47,965 nucleotides of DNA, taken from NCBI RefSeq assembly GCF_004010195.1, contig NC_057719.1, positions 55,283,077 through 55,331,041 on the forward strand, in the 5' to 3' direction. Of the stretch, positions 23,754 to 36,094 are shown one piece after another. The notes below the pieces were generated by a model that saw only the letters and a list, made by a program, of their open reading frames with translations, ran no database searches and was not told the origin of the DNA. Source of the stretch: Chiloscyllium plagiosum (lineage: Eukaryota). Made by a program: the position numbers and the translations under genes. Every line of letters starts with the position of its first letter. Position 1 is the first letter of the stretch.

Positions 23754-24456
23754 TGCATGACTTCTTCCATCAACAAACCTGTTTGTCTAGGTTGATTGGA
23801 GGCCTTATTCCTGGCTTGGGTGCTGAGGTGGCCCTCGATCAGATAGGTGACCTTGCGTACGGATGTCAAAAAACTTGTCAACACAACTGCCCATGCATTG
23901 AAACCCATGGAGAAAGAACTACAGGAGACCCAGATGATGATGCTTCAGAATCAATTAGTGCTACTCTTCCTCCTTGCAAAGAAGGAGGTGCTTGTACTGT
24001 CATTGGCCCACAATGATGTACCCACATAAACGATTTCTCTAAAGACATTGTATATGAGACAGATGTCATCAACAAAACGGGTCAAGACACAAGGAAACTG
24101 CCTGCCCCACCATCGTCTGACTCATGTGGATGGAGTCCTTCCTGCTGGCTATGGTCACTGTGCAGATGGTTCATGTGGCATGCACTGATAATCCTTGGTC
24201 TCACCTAGTAATATACACTGTTATCCACTTATGCATGAAATAGACTGTACATTGCTTTTCATCTAAGCCAAAGAAGAATCTCATTAATCAACCTTTGTTC
24301 ACTCCTATACCTCCATGTCCAAACTTTAATGCTGAAATCAGGTATCTTTCTGACTTTGTTCCTCCAGACAATGACTCTCCAGAAGTTGTTGAAAATACAA
24401 ATGGGCTGAATGGACTAATTGTACTTGTATACGCTGTATTGTCATCATGAAATGAT

Positions 24457-24468
24457 AAAAGGAGCGAA
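24457..24468 (+). promoter_or_regulatory. Polypurine tract
   Basis: AAAAGGAGCGAA immediately precedes TGAGAAGG; compare class I ERV AAAAGGGGGGAA-TG. Confidence 0.7.
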
Positions 24469-25811
24469 TGAGAAGGCTGGTAGCCTTATACATCTGCTAA
24501 GGAGATGCTGGAAAGCGCTTGACCACGGGTGGAGGGGGCAGGGGCCCATTTGTTCAGAAGAATTAAGGATCTCTGTTCTTAGTGTCAATGGATCGGTGTA
24601 GTTAAGGTGATAACATTTGTTCACTTATGGAATGTGTGGCAGTACTTCCTTCTCACCCCAGAGGCTGGAGACATGCATATTTCACAGTAGGATGTCAGAT
24701 AACTAAATTTCTAGTTTATATCGAAGACTCCTAACAAAACTCATATTTAATGGAAAAGAACTTGTAATTTAATAACCTGATTGGAATATGCACATAATAG
24801 AACAATCCTGATACATTTTCATGTGTACCACACTGAGCAGATTTGAAGTTATGAAGCTCCCTATCCTTGACTGTTCTGGAAGGTGAATGTCTCATTACCT
24901 GTACAAGCTGTAAAACATAGAGGCTGAACCTGACATAGTAAGGAAGTTGGGAGATGTTCATGTGTGAGTAAGAGAGAGAAAACATTCTTCTGTAAATTAT
25001 ATTCACAAACCGAAGGGTTCAAGGGACACAGAGAGAGAGAGAGAGAGAGAGAGAAGGAGGGAGACAAGATTGAAGCTAGTGGAAAGGTTAACTCTTTGTG
25101 GTCTGATCTGAGTGAACACTGGCTTGTCACGGATTGAATGTTTGTGTGTTGCTCCCTACTGCTCGAGATCCAGGAATGTTATGAATTTAATTTTCATTCT
25201 GGGAATCTAAGATGACTTTAAAAGAAAAAGCCATTTTGTTGGACAATGATACTGAGCAAGGTTACCTCATGACCTTTTCCACATAGTTTAGACTAGTCCC
25301 TAGTTATGATGTATTGTTAAAAGGGAAGCTTATCTAATCAAAGCAATTGACCATCTGACTTGGCTGGATTAAGGTTTCCCACTTTGATGTGCATGTAACT
25401 TAATTAGTCACGCATACTCATACCTGTCAATGAGTTTCTCTTCCTCTGCAAACTTTATTGCTGCTGATCTGATTAAAGACATGTGGTGTTTTTGTCATTT
25501 TAATACCAAATTCTGTATAAAGACAGCTTGTTTGCAGCAATAAGGGGAGTAAACTGAGAGAGCTTTTAGGGGTAGGAGCTGGCTCTGCTACTCTGCTAAT
25601 GGTTTTAGAACTTTAGCTCAAGCCTGGCTTGAAGGTATCTATTTTATAGTTTTACATTGATGCCATTGGTAAATAAAGGTAATAATTTAAACTAAACTGT
25701 CTGTAAGAGTTTTATATTCCACAGAATATGATCTCTGGGATGAGCCAAGAGAGGCTTACAGGTCAAGTCCATCAGGGATTTCCTGAGCCATCTCGAATAG
25801 GTACTTTAACA
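24469..25811 (+). repeat. ERV 3' LTR (~1.34 kb)
   Basis: TG...CA ends, TATAAA at 25516-25521, AATAAA at 25672-25677, homologous to the 5' LTR. Confidence 0.9.
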
Positions 25812-25815
25812 GAGC

Positions 25816-26658
25816 TGTTGGGTCCACTGTTATTTACTATTTATATAAACAATTTGGATGAGAATATAGGAGGCGTAGTCAGTAAGTTTGCAGCTGACAT
25901 CAAAATAAGTAATATAGTAGACAATGAAACAGGTTATGTAAGAGTACAATGGTACCTAATCAATAAGCCATTGGGATGAAGAATAGCTGATAGTGTTCAA
26001 TTTAAATAATGTGAGATGTTGCATTTTGATAAGACAAACTAGGGTGGGGCATACACAATTGGTGGCAGAACCTTGGAGAGTGTTGTTGAACAGAGGAACT
26101 GAGGGATACAGGTCCATAGTTTCTTGAAAATGGTGTCACAGGTCAACAGAGTTGTGAAGAAGGCATTTGTCACACTTGCCTCATCAATCACAGCACTGAG
26201 CACAGGAGTTGGGACACCATGTTATGTCTGTACAAGACATTGGTAAGACCACATGTGGAGTTCTGTGTACAAATCTGGTTGCCATGCTTTAGGAAAGATG
26301 TTAAACTGGAGAGGGTGCAAAAATGATTTACAATGATATTACCGAGACTGGAGAGTTTGAGTTATAAGGAGAAGTTGGATAGACTGGGATTTTCTTCCCT
26401 GGAGCGTAGGAGGCTGAGGGGTGACCTTATAGAGGTTTATTCATGAGGAGCATAGCTAAGGTGAATAACCAAGTTCTTTTCCCCAGAATAGGAGTGTCCA
26501 AATTGAGAGGGTGTAGGTTTAAGGTGAGAGGGGAAAAATTTAAAAGGGACTTGAGGGGCAACTTTTCACACAGTAGGTGGTGTGAACATGGAACAAGCTG
26601 CCAGAGGAATTGGTAAAGGTGAGTATAATTACAACATTTAAAAGATGCTTGGACAGGT
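25816..26658 (+). mobile_element. CR1 LINE RT/3' fragment
   Basis: LGPLLFTIYINNLDE...SKFAADIKI (cf. FADDTK), later RLRGDLIEVY. Confidence 0.9.
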
Positions 26659-27502
26659 NNNNNNNNNNNNNNNNNNNNNNNNNNNNNNNNNNNNNNNNNN
26701 NNNNNNNNNNNNNNNNNNNNNNNNNNNNNNNNNNNNNNNNNNNNNNNNNNNNNNNNNNNNNNNNNNNNNNNNNNNNNNNNNNNNNNNNNNNNNNNNNNNN
26801 NNNNNNNNNNNNNNNNNNNNNNNNNNNNNNNNNNNNNNNNNNNNNNNNNNNNNNNNNNNNNNNNNNNNNNNNNNNNNNNNNNNNNNNNNNNNNNNNNNNN
26901 NNNNNNNNNNNNNNNNNNNNNNNNNNNNNNNNNNNNNNNNNNNNNNNNNNNNNNNNNNNNNNNNNNNNNNNNNNNNNNNNNNNNNNNNNNNNNNNNNNNN
27001 NNNNNNNNNNNNNNNNNNNNNNNNNNNNNNNNNNNNNNNNNNNNNNNNNNNNNNNNNNNNNNNNNNNNNNNNNNNNNNNNNNNNNNNNNNNNNNNNNNNN
27101 NNNNNNNNNNNNNNNNNNNNNNNNNNNNNNNNNNNNNNNNNNNNNNNNNNNNNNNNNNACATCCATTCTTTGAACTGTTTCCTGCAATGCATAATCAGAT
27201 TGAATAATTCATTATTAAGTTCAGATTCATTCCAAACATAATATTTAGCGGATATGAGTTCTAACATTAATGATGTAAACTGTGTGATTTATATATATTT
27301 GAATACTATTTATTTTTGAGTTTGGATTTTTGAATTTGAACTAATGACCTTCTATGGATCTCAAGAGGCTTAATGATTAAGTTGTAAGTATTTTTGTAGC
27401 CATGATGATTTCTTTTAAGACTCAGTGTGAGGGAAATACTTCTGAAGAGTAATGGATTTTTGTTTACAACAAGAGAATTTTACAAGCCAAGTAATCAATT
27501 GG

Positions 27503-28160
27503 AGTCATAGAGTCATAGAAATGCACAGCACGGAAACAGACCATTTAGTCAAACTCATCCACACTGACCAGATATCCCAACCTAATCTGGTCCCATTTTC
27601 CAGCACTTGGCCCATATCCCTCAAGATCCTTCCTATTTATATGCCCATTCAGATGCCTTTTAAATGTTGTAATTATACCACTTCTTCTGGCAGCTCATTC
27701 CATACACGCACCACCATCTGTGTGAAAACATTGCCCCTTAGGTCCCTTTTAAAATTTTCCCTTCTCACCCTAAACCTACGCACTGTAGCTCTGGACTCCC
27801 TCACTCCAGGGAAAAGACCTTGTTTATTTACCCTATCCATGCCTTTCATGACTTTATAAACCTCTATACAGTGACCCCTTAGCCTTCAACACTCCAGGGA
27901 AAACAGCCACAGCCTATTCAGCCTCTCCCTCTAGCTCAAACCCTCCAACCCTGGCAACATCCTTGTAAATCTTTTCTGAACTCTTTCAAGTTTCACAACA
28001 TCCTTCTGGTAGGAGGGAGCCTAGATTTGCATACAATATTCCAAAAGTGGTCTAACCAATGGCCTGTATAGCCTCAATGTGACCTCCCAACTCCTATACT
28101 CAATGCTCTGACCAATAAAGGACAGCATGCCAAATGCCTTCTTTACTATCCTATCTATCT
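27503..28160 (-). mobile_element. CR1 LINE 3' fragment
   Basis: Begins GAGTCATAGAGTCATAG (reverse complement of the ATGACTCT tail) and continues with CR1 3' sequence. Confidence 0.9.
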
Positions 28161-28251
28161 GTTGCAGTTAGGGAAACCACCAATATCTTTGTAAAATCTT
28201 TTAGTTTGAGTTTGACAATTCTGCAGGAATCTTGCTTCTGAGAATATTTTA

Positions 28252-28934
28252 TTTCATTCATCCATGGGGACACCACTGGCTAGGCCAGCATTTATTGTCC
28301 ATTCTTAATTGCCCAGAGGGCAGTTAAGAGTCAATCACATTACTGTGGGTCTGGAGTCACATGTTGGCCAGACCATACAGTCATTTAGCATGTGGGAGTC
28401 TCGTTCGTTATCAGAATTAACCAGACAAACTGCTCCAGCAACTAAGAATGGCCATGCACCACCATCCACAGAATCAAGAAAGAGCTATCAATCTGTCAAT
28501 CCTTTCCGTGTAGGGCCAGGTGAACTTTCCTGTGTTGAATCAAATTAAGCCACAGGCTATACTCCTGGCGGTGCCCTTTCCTCAATTCCATTAAGTTTCA
28601 GCTTTGCAACTATACTCACCCCACCCCCCGCACCATCTCCCCCTCCCCCGGAAGCTGCTCAGCAGGTCATGGGAATAATGCCACTGGATCACTAGTCAGC
28701 ATCGTCTATGGTCGGAACTACGGTTTCCTTCCCTAGAGGAACTTAGTGAACCAGGTGGGTTTTTTCCGACAATCGACAACGGATTCATGATCATCGTTAG
28801 ACTCTTAATTCTAGATTTTTATTGAATTCGAACTCCACCATCTGTCATGACGGTATTTGAACCCAGGTCCACCAGAGCATTATTTAAGTCGATGGATTCA
28901 CAGTCGAGCCATAATACCTATAGGCCATTGCCTC
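28252..28934 (-). mobile_element. DeuSINE-like SINE split by an 18S rRNA fragment
   Basis: GGCCAGCATTTATTG...GCAGTTAAGAGTCAA.CACATT.CTGTGGGTCTGGAGTCACATG.GGCCAGACCA | GTTTCCTTCCCT...TTAGTGAACCAG...TTTGAACCCAGGTCC (reversed B box). Confidence 0.75.
28385..28722 (-). pseudogene. 18S rRNA fragment (diverged, ~340 bp)
   Basis: GAGTCTCGTTCGTTATC.GAATTAACCAGACAAA, GGCCATGCACCACC, AAGAAAGAGCTATCAATCTGTCAATCC, TCAATTCC.TTAAGTTTCAGCTTTGCAAC and GGTCGGAACTACG are reverse complements of conserved 18S segments. Confidence 0.92.
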
Positions 28935-30129
28935 TATTTTAGGAATCATAACAGATGAAGATATGTTTGACAGTTGCACATTTATGTTACCTACATGTCC
29001 AGGGATAAGTCCAAAATCACTATGACCTCCATCATTACTGCAGTGTAAAGAGTTTACCAGAAGTTCCAGACCAGAGGTGTTTCATTAAAACCCAAAGGAG
29101 GTTATTTGGCACTGAGAAAATTTCAGTACAGTTATACTAAGTTTCCTGGAAGAGACTGTCAAATTCTCAAGACGGGGACTTGAAGCTACAGTTTAACTAA
29201 GCCCTGTAGATCTGATAGATCTGATACATCTGATACATTCCATACATGGGATAAATCTGATACATTCTCTCTGGTTGAGAGTATTGGAAGGGATAGCTTT
29301 TGACATTAATGAATTATATTTTTACCAAGTCTTTCAAATAATTAAATACATATTATATGCAAATTATTTGTTTTATTCTCTTTTATCATAATTTCTTTTG
29401 CATAATAAATTTCAGTTTTAATGTTCCAACCAAGCCTGCAACATTGCATGCTTGTATTTCAGTGAAATATCAATCTGTCACAATGAAAAACGGAACAAAA
29501 TATGATATATCAAGTCAGGTTCCAATCTGGAATCTGACCTGTCCAGTAATAACATTATCTGGGATCAAACAGATGTAGATCTCATATATTATCACATGTC
29601 CAGGGTACTTCTAAAATCACTATGACCACACTCACTTTTATTATGTTTGAGCATAGTGTATCTTCTGCCTTCTTAATTTTTGTTTTGCATACAATTATTT
29701 CCTTTGGAATACTTTTGGTTCTTCTAAAATATAACTTCAGTTGTAATTCAAGCTTCAGTCCACAACATGTATTTGTCTGTATATCATCAAATAACTTCAA
29801 GTGTGTATCAGTAGTCTGAATATCAAATGAGATTGAGTATTTAATGAAAGTCTTTATTGAATGTTTTCCTTTTTATGACTTATTTCAATTTCTTTTTCTT
29901 ATGCTTCAACAAAATTTTGGATAATTATGCTCTGATTTACACCCTAAAAGGAAAACAATGGAAGTCTTGCAATCTAGATGATTAGAGGATTCTAGTTACC
30001 CTAAAAGCACACAAAAGAGCTTGTAAATGTTTTGCCAGAAAGAATAGTTTGATGTTTAATCCATCTGGAGTTGGAGACTAAGTTTGAACTTGCACATGTG
30101 ACTGGCTTAAAAGATTGGTTAAAATATAC

Positions 30130-30592
30130 AGGTCCTTGGACTCCTCCATCTCTAGACCATGGCAACACGACGGTTGGAGGAAGAGCGCCTCATCTTCTGC
30201 CTGGGAACCTTCTAACCACAAGGGATGAACTCAGATTTCTCCAGTTTCCTCATTTCCCCTCCCCCCACCTTGTCTCAGTCAAATCCCTCGAACTCAGCAC
30301 CGCCTTCCTAACCTGCAATTTTCTTCCTGACCTCTCCGCCCCCACCCCACTCCAGCCTATCACCCTCACCTTGAACCCCCTCCACCTATCGCAATTCCAA
30401 CGCCCCTCCCCCAAGTCCCTCCTCCCTACCTTTTATCTTAGCCTGCTGGACACACTTTCCTCATTCCTGAAGAAGGGCTTATGCCCGAAACGTCGATTCT
30501 CCTGTTTCTTGGATGCTGCCTGACCTGCTGCGCTTTTCCAGCAACAAATTTTCAGCTCTGATCTCCAGCATCTGCAGTCCTCACTTTCTCCT
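30130..30592 (+). mobile_element. Penelope-like 3' end (GIY-YIG tail plus hammerhead motif)
   Basis: CGACGGTTGGAGGAAGAGCGCCTCATCTTC (RRLEEERLIF); CTGAAGAAGGGCTTATGCCCGAAACGTC at ~30467-30494. Confidence 0.9.
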
Positions 30593-30859
30593 CTAACATA
30601 TACATTGGTGAGTCACATTTGTAATATGTAGGTTTTACGTATGGAACTCTGGTACATGAATCCAATGATAATGAAGAAATGCAAATGTTTGCCAAAGTCA
30701 GAATAATGTGCATTTTGAGAGTGCCTTAATTTCATCTTCAAGATTTTACACAATTTTCCACATATTATTTCCCCACTGGATGAATCACATTACACCATTT
30801 AAGCTTAAGCTCCTGACAATTGTGTAGCCATTGCAGGGTGGTTTCATTTTCATGATGCA

Positions 30860-31290
30860 CATCCTCAATGACTGAGGGATCCAGAACCAGGAATCACAGT
30901 TTAAGGTTATGGGATAGGCCATTTGGGACTGAGATGAGGAGAAATTTCTTCATCCAGAAAGTGGTATGGAATTCTCTGCCACAGGAAGTGGTATAGGCCA
31001 AATCATATAATATTTTCAAAAAGGAGTTAAATATACATTTTGGGGCTAAAAGGATCAAAAGGTATGGAAAGAAAGCAGGAACAGAGTACAGAAGTGGATG
31101 ACAATGAGGTCTGCAGATGCTGGAGATCAGAGTTGAGAGTGTGTTGCTGGAAAAGCACAGCAGGTCAGGCAGCATCCAAACAGCAAGAGTATTGACATTT
31201 CAGCCCGGAGCCTGATGAAGTCATGATGATCAGTCATGATGTTAATAAATGGTGGAACAGGCTTGAAGAGCCGAATAACCGACTCCTGCT
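30860..31290. mobile_element. CR1 3' fragment (+) with a nested Penelope tail (-, ~31105-31220)
   Basis: GAGATGAGGAGAAATTTCTTCATCCAG...TGGAATTCTCTGCCACAG; then GAGGTCTGCAGATGCTGGAGATCAGAG. Confidence 0.75.
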
Positions 31291-31351
31291 CTTATTTTCT
31301 GTGTTTCTCAATTTTTTTACTATTCCATTCTATTTCAGTTTATTCATTTTC

Positions 31352-31664
31352 AGCACTGCTGCCTCACAGCGCCAGGGACCCGGGTTCAATTCCCGCCTCG
31401 GGCAACTGTCTGTGTGGCGTTTGCACATTCTCCCCGTGTCTGCGTGGGTTTCCTCCGGGTGCTCCGGTTTCCTCCCACAGTCCACAGATGTGCAAGTTTG
31501 GTGAATTGGCCATGCTAAATTGCCTGTAATGTTAGGTGCGTTAGTCAGGTTAAATGTAGGGGAATGGTTCTGGGTGGGTTGCTCTTCGGAGAGTCGGTGT
31601 GGACTTGTTGGGCTGAAGGGCCTGATTGCACACTGTATGTAATCTAATCTAATCTAATCTAATC
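31352..31664 (+). mobile_element. HE1/V-SINE with (AATCT)n tail
   Basis: AGCACTGCTGCCTCACAGCGCCAGGGACCCGGGTTCAATTCC...GGTTTCCTCCCACAGTCC...AATCTAATCTAATCTAATCT. Confidence 0.9.
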
Positions 31665-34600
31665 ATTAGTTCTGAATTTTGTTTATTTGTTTTATGTTTG
31701 CGAGCTCTTCATTTCCATTTATAAATTAAGTATTTAACTATTTGAAGATGAGGATCACATAATATCCACACAAGTTTTAGATATACATGTACATGAGCTT
31801 ACTTTTGCTCTGCCATTAACACATTGTATTAACTCTTCACTTTTTGTCAGCATCTTCTGATTCATAATATGAGATTATTAGATTTACAAGGAGTAGTCTG
31901 TCTTTCTTCTCCTCGGCTCTGATTTTGTGTCTATTCTTTCCTAAAGCCTGGACACTCTTCTCTACAAACAATGAATTGTATATAAGATCATGGTTCTGAA
32001 GCAGTGATATTGAAGATGCATTAACGTCTACCCAATCTGATAACATCGCACTGGCTTTGAATGGAAGAGAAGCAGTCCATCATAAGGTCTCAATGGAGAC
32101 AGATATATCATTTCTGGCTCCTGGTAGCATTTGTAAGTTTGCCGACCTAATCAATGTAACTTGTACCTCATGTTATCCTGCAACAAACTACATTTTGTTG
32201 TTAAGGCAAGTGCTTCTTGTTAAGACTCACTAGTGGTTCATCATGTACCACTGTTAACAGAACAAATAGGACAATTCAAAATATTCTACTCAACCACAAG
32301 CTGCCAGTGATTGATACTGCAATATATAGCAGTGCTGCTATTGCAATATCTCAGTTGTTTATATGCATCATGATGGAAGTTGCATTTGCTGAGGCATTCC
32401 TACTGCACAGGTGATGTTGTGATCAGGCTGGTGTAATAGACCAATGCCTGAGCCTGCCAGCTGCCTGTACTGGTCACAAAACGTAATTTTTCACTGTATT
32501 TAGGTACAGTGACTACAATAAATCAAATAAAATCAATGCCCCTGATACTTTCCATAACATGCACGGTGATGTCAGCCAGATCAGAGGCTTCACAATAAGG
32601 TTCGAAGACTGTCCCAAATGTGCTGACTCATTGCATCCACTGACTCCACCTATTCTCACTAGGTGAGACACATGGATTGGTCAGCCTGACCATCTTCATG
32701 ACGAGTGTGATCCTCTGAGAACTGAGATTTTCATTGATGTCTTTAAAATGCATCAGCTGGATTTCTGCTTGCACACTTTACCATTCTGCACAAATTGTCA
32801 TTGGACAGAAATGGAGGTGGGATTTTGAGCCACCTCACTTGGCGGCCATTATCCTTTTAGCCATCTCATTTACTTTTCGATCCTCTCAGCAATGTGAAGG
32901 TTACAACCATATATGTGAAATACAATAAAACAAGAGGAAAGATTTACATTGATCTATTGACACTATCACCCATCTTATGCAATTGTAGAAAAGTCTCCAG
33001 TCTTTTCTCTCAGCAATTTACCAGATCTCTAGAAAAGCCAGATCCAGTTCACCTTGTTTGAAGTTCATATCCATCTTGAACTAAAATCAGTTGTAATTAC
33101 TAATCTTACTGAAAAAAATAACAATTTGCTCACCTTCATTCTTTTGCTGGAAGAAACATTTACTGTTACGTACAGAGACGACTTACACTGAAGCTTCCTT
33201 TTGAAATTTTGAACTCTACAAATAGTCACAGTTCTTACTTATAAAACTTTACGTGTTGCACTGGCAATCCCAAATGTATGGTGTTGGCCACATTTTTCTT
33301 TCAAAATCCCCAGTTCAGTTACACAATAACAGGCCACATTCACTTCCGTCTATTTGATGCATTTCTCAGCTCAATCGTACCAGATCAGGGCCCTTTCTTT
33401 TCATAAATTCCACTTTAAGCATGGACTTACCAACCTCATTTCTCATCCAAAAGTCTCATTCCCTAGTCTATGCTGACTGGCAGATATAATTTTTCACTTT
33501 CAAAAGCCTTCATCCGAGCTATTGCACTCATGTTCCAGATTTCTTTCTTCAAGACTCCAACTCCCCAGTTACATAATGATTGACAGATTAAGTTCCTTAA
33601 ACTTTACTTGGCATTACACTTCCACCACCACATGGGGCATTTCCTGTGTACCGGGTGTAGTTGGATCAGAAATACTTCTAAAAAAAGAATGCTTTTACAA
33701 TTTTGATACATTAAAGAGTCTTAGAAAAACATCCTTTACACTTCAATTTTAAATGCTTTAATTTTACATCTCCTTTAGTCACTGCTTAAGGAGGCAAACT
33801 TTTACTGAATTTTAAAAAATTAAGTAGTCTTCAAGATGCATCAGATAATTGTGATGACCATAAAGTTACACAGTGATATTAATGCATTATCAATCTTTTC
33901 ATTAAAATAATTGTAGATTGTTGTACTTATAAGTTTTACTTGTTACAGGTTGATGGAAAATGAAGTAAAATAGCTCAAGATTGTTGTACAACAGATTCAC
34001 AACAGAATATAACGTTTAATCAGTGAAATAAAACATTAATGGAGATAGATAGGATGAGTTATTAAATGTTTCAATAAAGATATTGGTCGTTCACTGGTAC
34101 AAGCATTGTCTGGTGTTACAAAATTATATCAAATGCTATTCACACATCACCCTTGTGATCTACATTTCTAGCTGGTTAAGCAAAAGTTTGATTTTAAAAT
34201 ACCCATGTTCATTATCAAATCATTTTATGGCATTTCCCTCTCCAATCTTTGTAACCTCTTTTGGCCTTTGAGATATCTGTATTTCTCCAATTTTGGCTTT
34301 AGTGTATCACCAATTTTAACCACTCCACCATTAGCAGTTATACTTTGAGCTGTTGAACACTTAAGCAAAGGGATTTTGTTGTGAACTCCCTTTACCATTT
34401 TTAAATACTGCTTCTGGAGCTTAATGTCAGATCTTGATGATGCTCCTGTGAAGTGTGTAGACTGTTTTACAATATCAGAGATGCTATATAAATGCAAGTT
34501 TCATTAAATATGCATAACATTGTTGTGTATGTCCTAGGACTTTAGTCATAGATGAATAATTTCAAGACTATATCAATTTTATGTATGCAGTTCAAATTAC

Positions 34601-35372
34601 GGTTCAATTTTCTCAACCTTATTATCTCTATAATGGCTCTAATAGCTCTAAAAGGCAATGGTAAAGTCAAGATTGGAGATGGAGCCATTAAATAATTTCA
34701 AGCACTTTGACTTGATAATAAACACCAAAGTTACATCCAAGAGTGAAATGAAGTAGGATGTGCTACAGCAAGAATTGTGATCAATAATTCAAGCAACTCC
34801 TGAAATTCCAAAATCATCAAAATGAAGCTGAAAAACGTTTCATACTGTCACTAATGTAATGTTGGATGCTGTAAGTGCAAGAGTCTGGATCTAGAAAGCA
34901 AGAGAAGGATAAACAATTGAAATATGACCTTCCCCTAAAGGACTCCTGAAGAATTGTTGAGCAGTCTTCTTTAGTGTAACTTAAAGAACCCCAGCAGTTT
35001 GTTGCGAATCTGTCTTTCTGGCTTGATGAGAGGAAAAACAACTGTCCAGTCTATTTGAAAGTAGTTTTGGAACAGATGAATTTAAGGGTTCCAGAAATCA
35101 AGATTCAATCTATAAATATCTGTTACTCTACAGAACAGCTTTGAATACTTGGCTTATTCACAAATTAACCAAAATTGGTCCTAAGATTAAGTCTTCAGAC
35201 TTGAACCTGAACTGACAAATTCTGTTTCTCTGAAGATGCTGTCAGATACTTGCATTTTATCCATTTATGTATTCAGATTTGTAGTGAGTACATTGTTTTA
35301 TTCACAATTATGTTATGTACATAGATGTTGCTCATTTATTCAATCATGTCAGTTTTCAACTATTGAGCAACT

Positions 35373-36094
35373 TGTTATGAAGGTGTTGAGGTACTGTACC
35401 TTTAAGAAAGTTGAAAAGCTAGCAAGGGCACAGCACAAAGTATTCTGAACAAAGTAACAATGTAACACTTGGTCGAAACAAATAGCCGCAGCTGGGTTGC
35501 CATGGAACCAGAAACATATTCAAATTTGACCAATCAATTTAAATTATGCCCCAAGGTACCAAAATCCAATCAAATTTGAATTTAGTATTTTGATAATATT
35601 AAAACCAATGAAATGATCCAATGCTTTGGGGTATAAAACTGGACATTTTGAGCAGCTAGAGCAAGAACTGCCAAGCCACCAACAAGTACAGACTGCCAGC
35701 ACTATAGCTCTGAAAGGTACCTGTCTATAAGATGTTTGCGCAGCAGAACATCGAAAAGATGACAGAGGAAACTCTGCAGAGGAAGATACAGAGAGAAGAT
35801 TTGACAGCTGACTGGTTTTGAAATTTGAATTTTTTAATATAAATGTTAACCAGGATTTATATCAGACTAGTTTTGTATAGTGGGAGGTAAAAGATAAGTT
35901 TAAGAGAAAGGAGATGTAATAGTTGTTGGTTTTAATATTCTCTGTTGGACTTAAAGAATAAAGTTGTTCATTTTTCCGACAAATAGTGACCTCTGGGGTA
36001 AGTCTTTGTCTCTCGAATTTTAACACATTACAGCACAGGGTGAATCTTTTCAGTGTGGCTGGTTTAAATTAACACAGGGGTTTACCCCGTAACA
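35373..36094 (+). mobile_element. Solo LTR (722 bp) with 4-bp TSD AACT
   Basis: TGTTATG...CGTAACA inverted termini; AACT at 35369-35372 and 36095-36098; CCAAT boxes, TATAAAA at 35632, AATAAA at 35957. Confidence 0.85.

Larger units (their letters stand above)
21848..24450 (+). pseudogene. env: Retroviral env, gamma-type, with EGF-containing SU
   Basis: ATG overlaps the pol end; signal peptide CIILTILVLVQVQS; CGVC at 23042; WLCKNKAYPYLPNDWYGYCAL; furin-like KIK*(TGA, likely CGA)/DL; fusion peptide LIGGLIPGLG; ISD LQNQLVLLFLLAKEGGAC; CX6C(*)C; Trp-rich and hydrophobic membrane segment at ~24130-24240. Confidence 0.9.
13375..25811 (+). mobile_element. Near full-length defective class I (gamma/epsilon-like) endogenous retrovirus provirus
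   Basis: Paired LTRs, PBS, gag MA/CA motifs, DTGA protease, YVDD RT, RNase H, integrase, gamma-type env (CxxC, ISD, CX6CC remnant) and PPT occur in canonical order. Confidence 0.95.

Noticed and set aside
24527..24554. Alternative PPT (GGAGGGGGCAGGGG) with LTR start at TGTT 24551
   Set aside because: It is 6 nt from the TG, and 5'/3' LTR homology extends upstream (CATT). AAAAGGAGCGAA-TG at 24457-24470 fits better, though this is not fully excluded.
28385..28722. Functional rRNA gene
   Set aside because: Partial, heavily substituted and embedded in a SINE.
31837..35041. Short ORFs at 31837-32046 and 34817-35041 as host exons
   Set aside because: No recognisable domain and no consistent splice or frame support.
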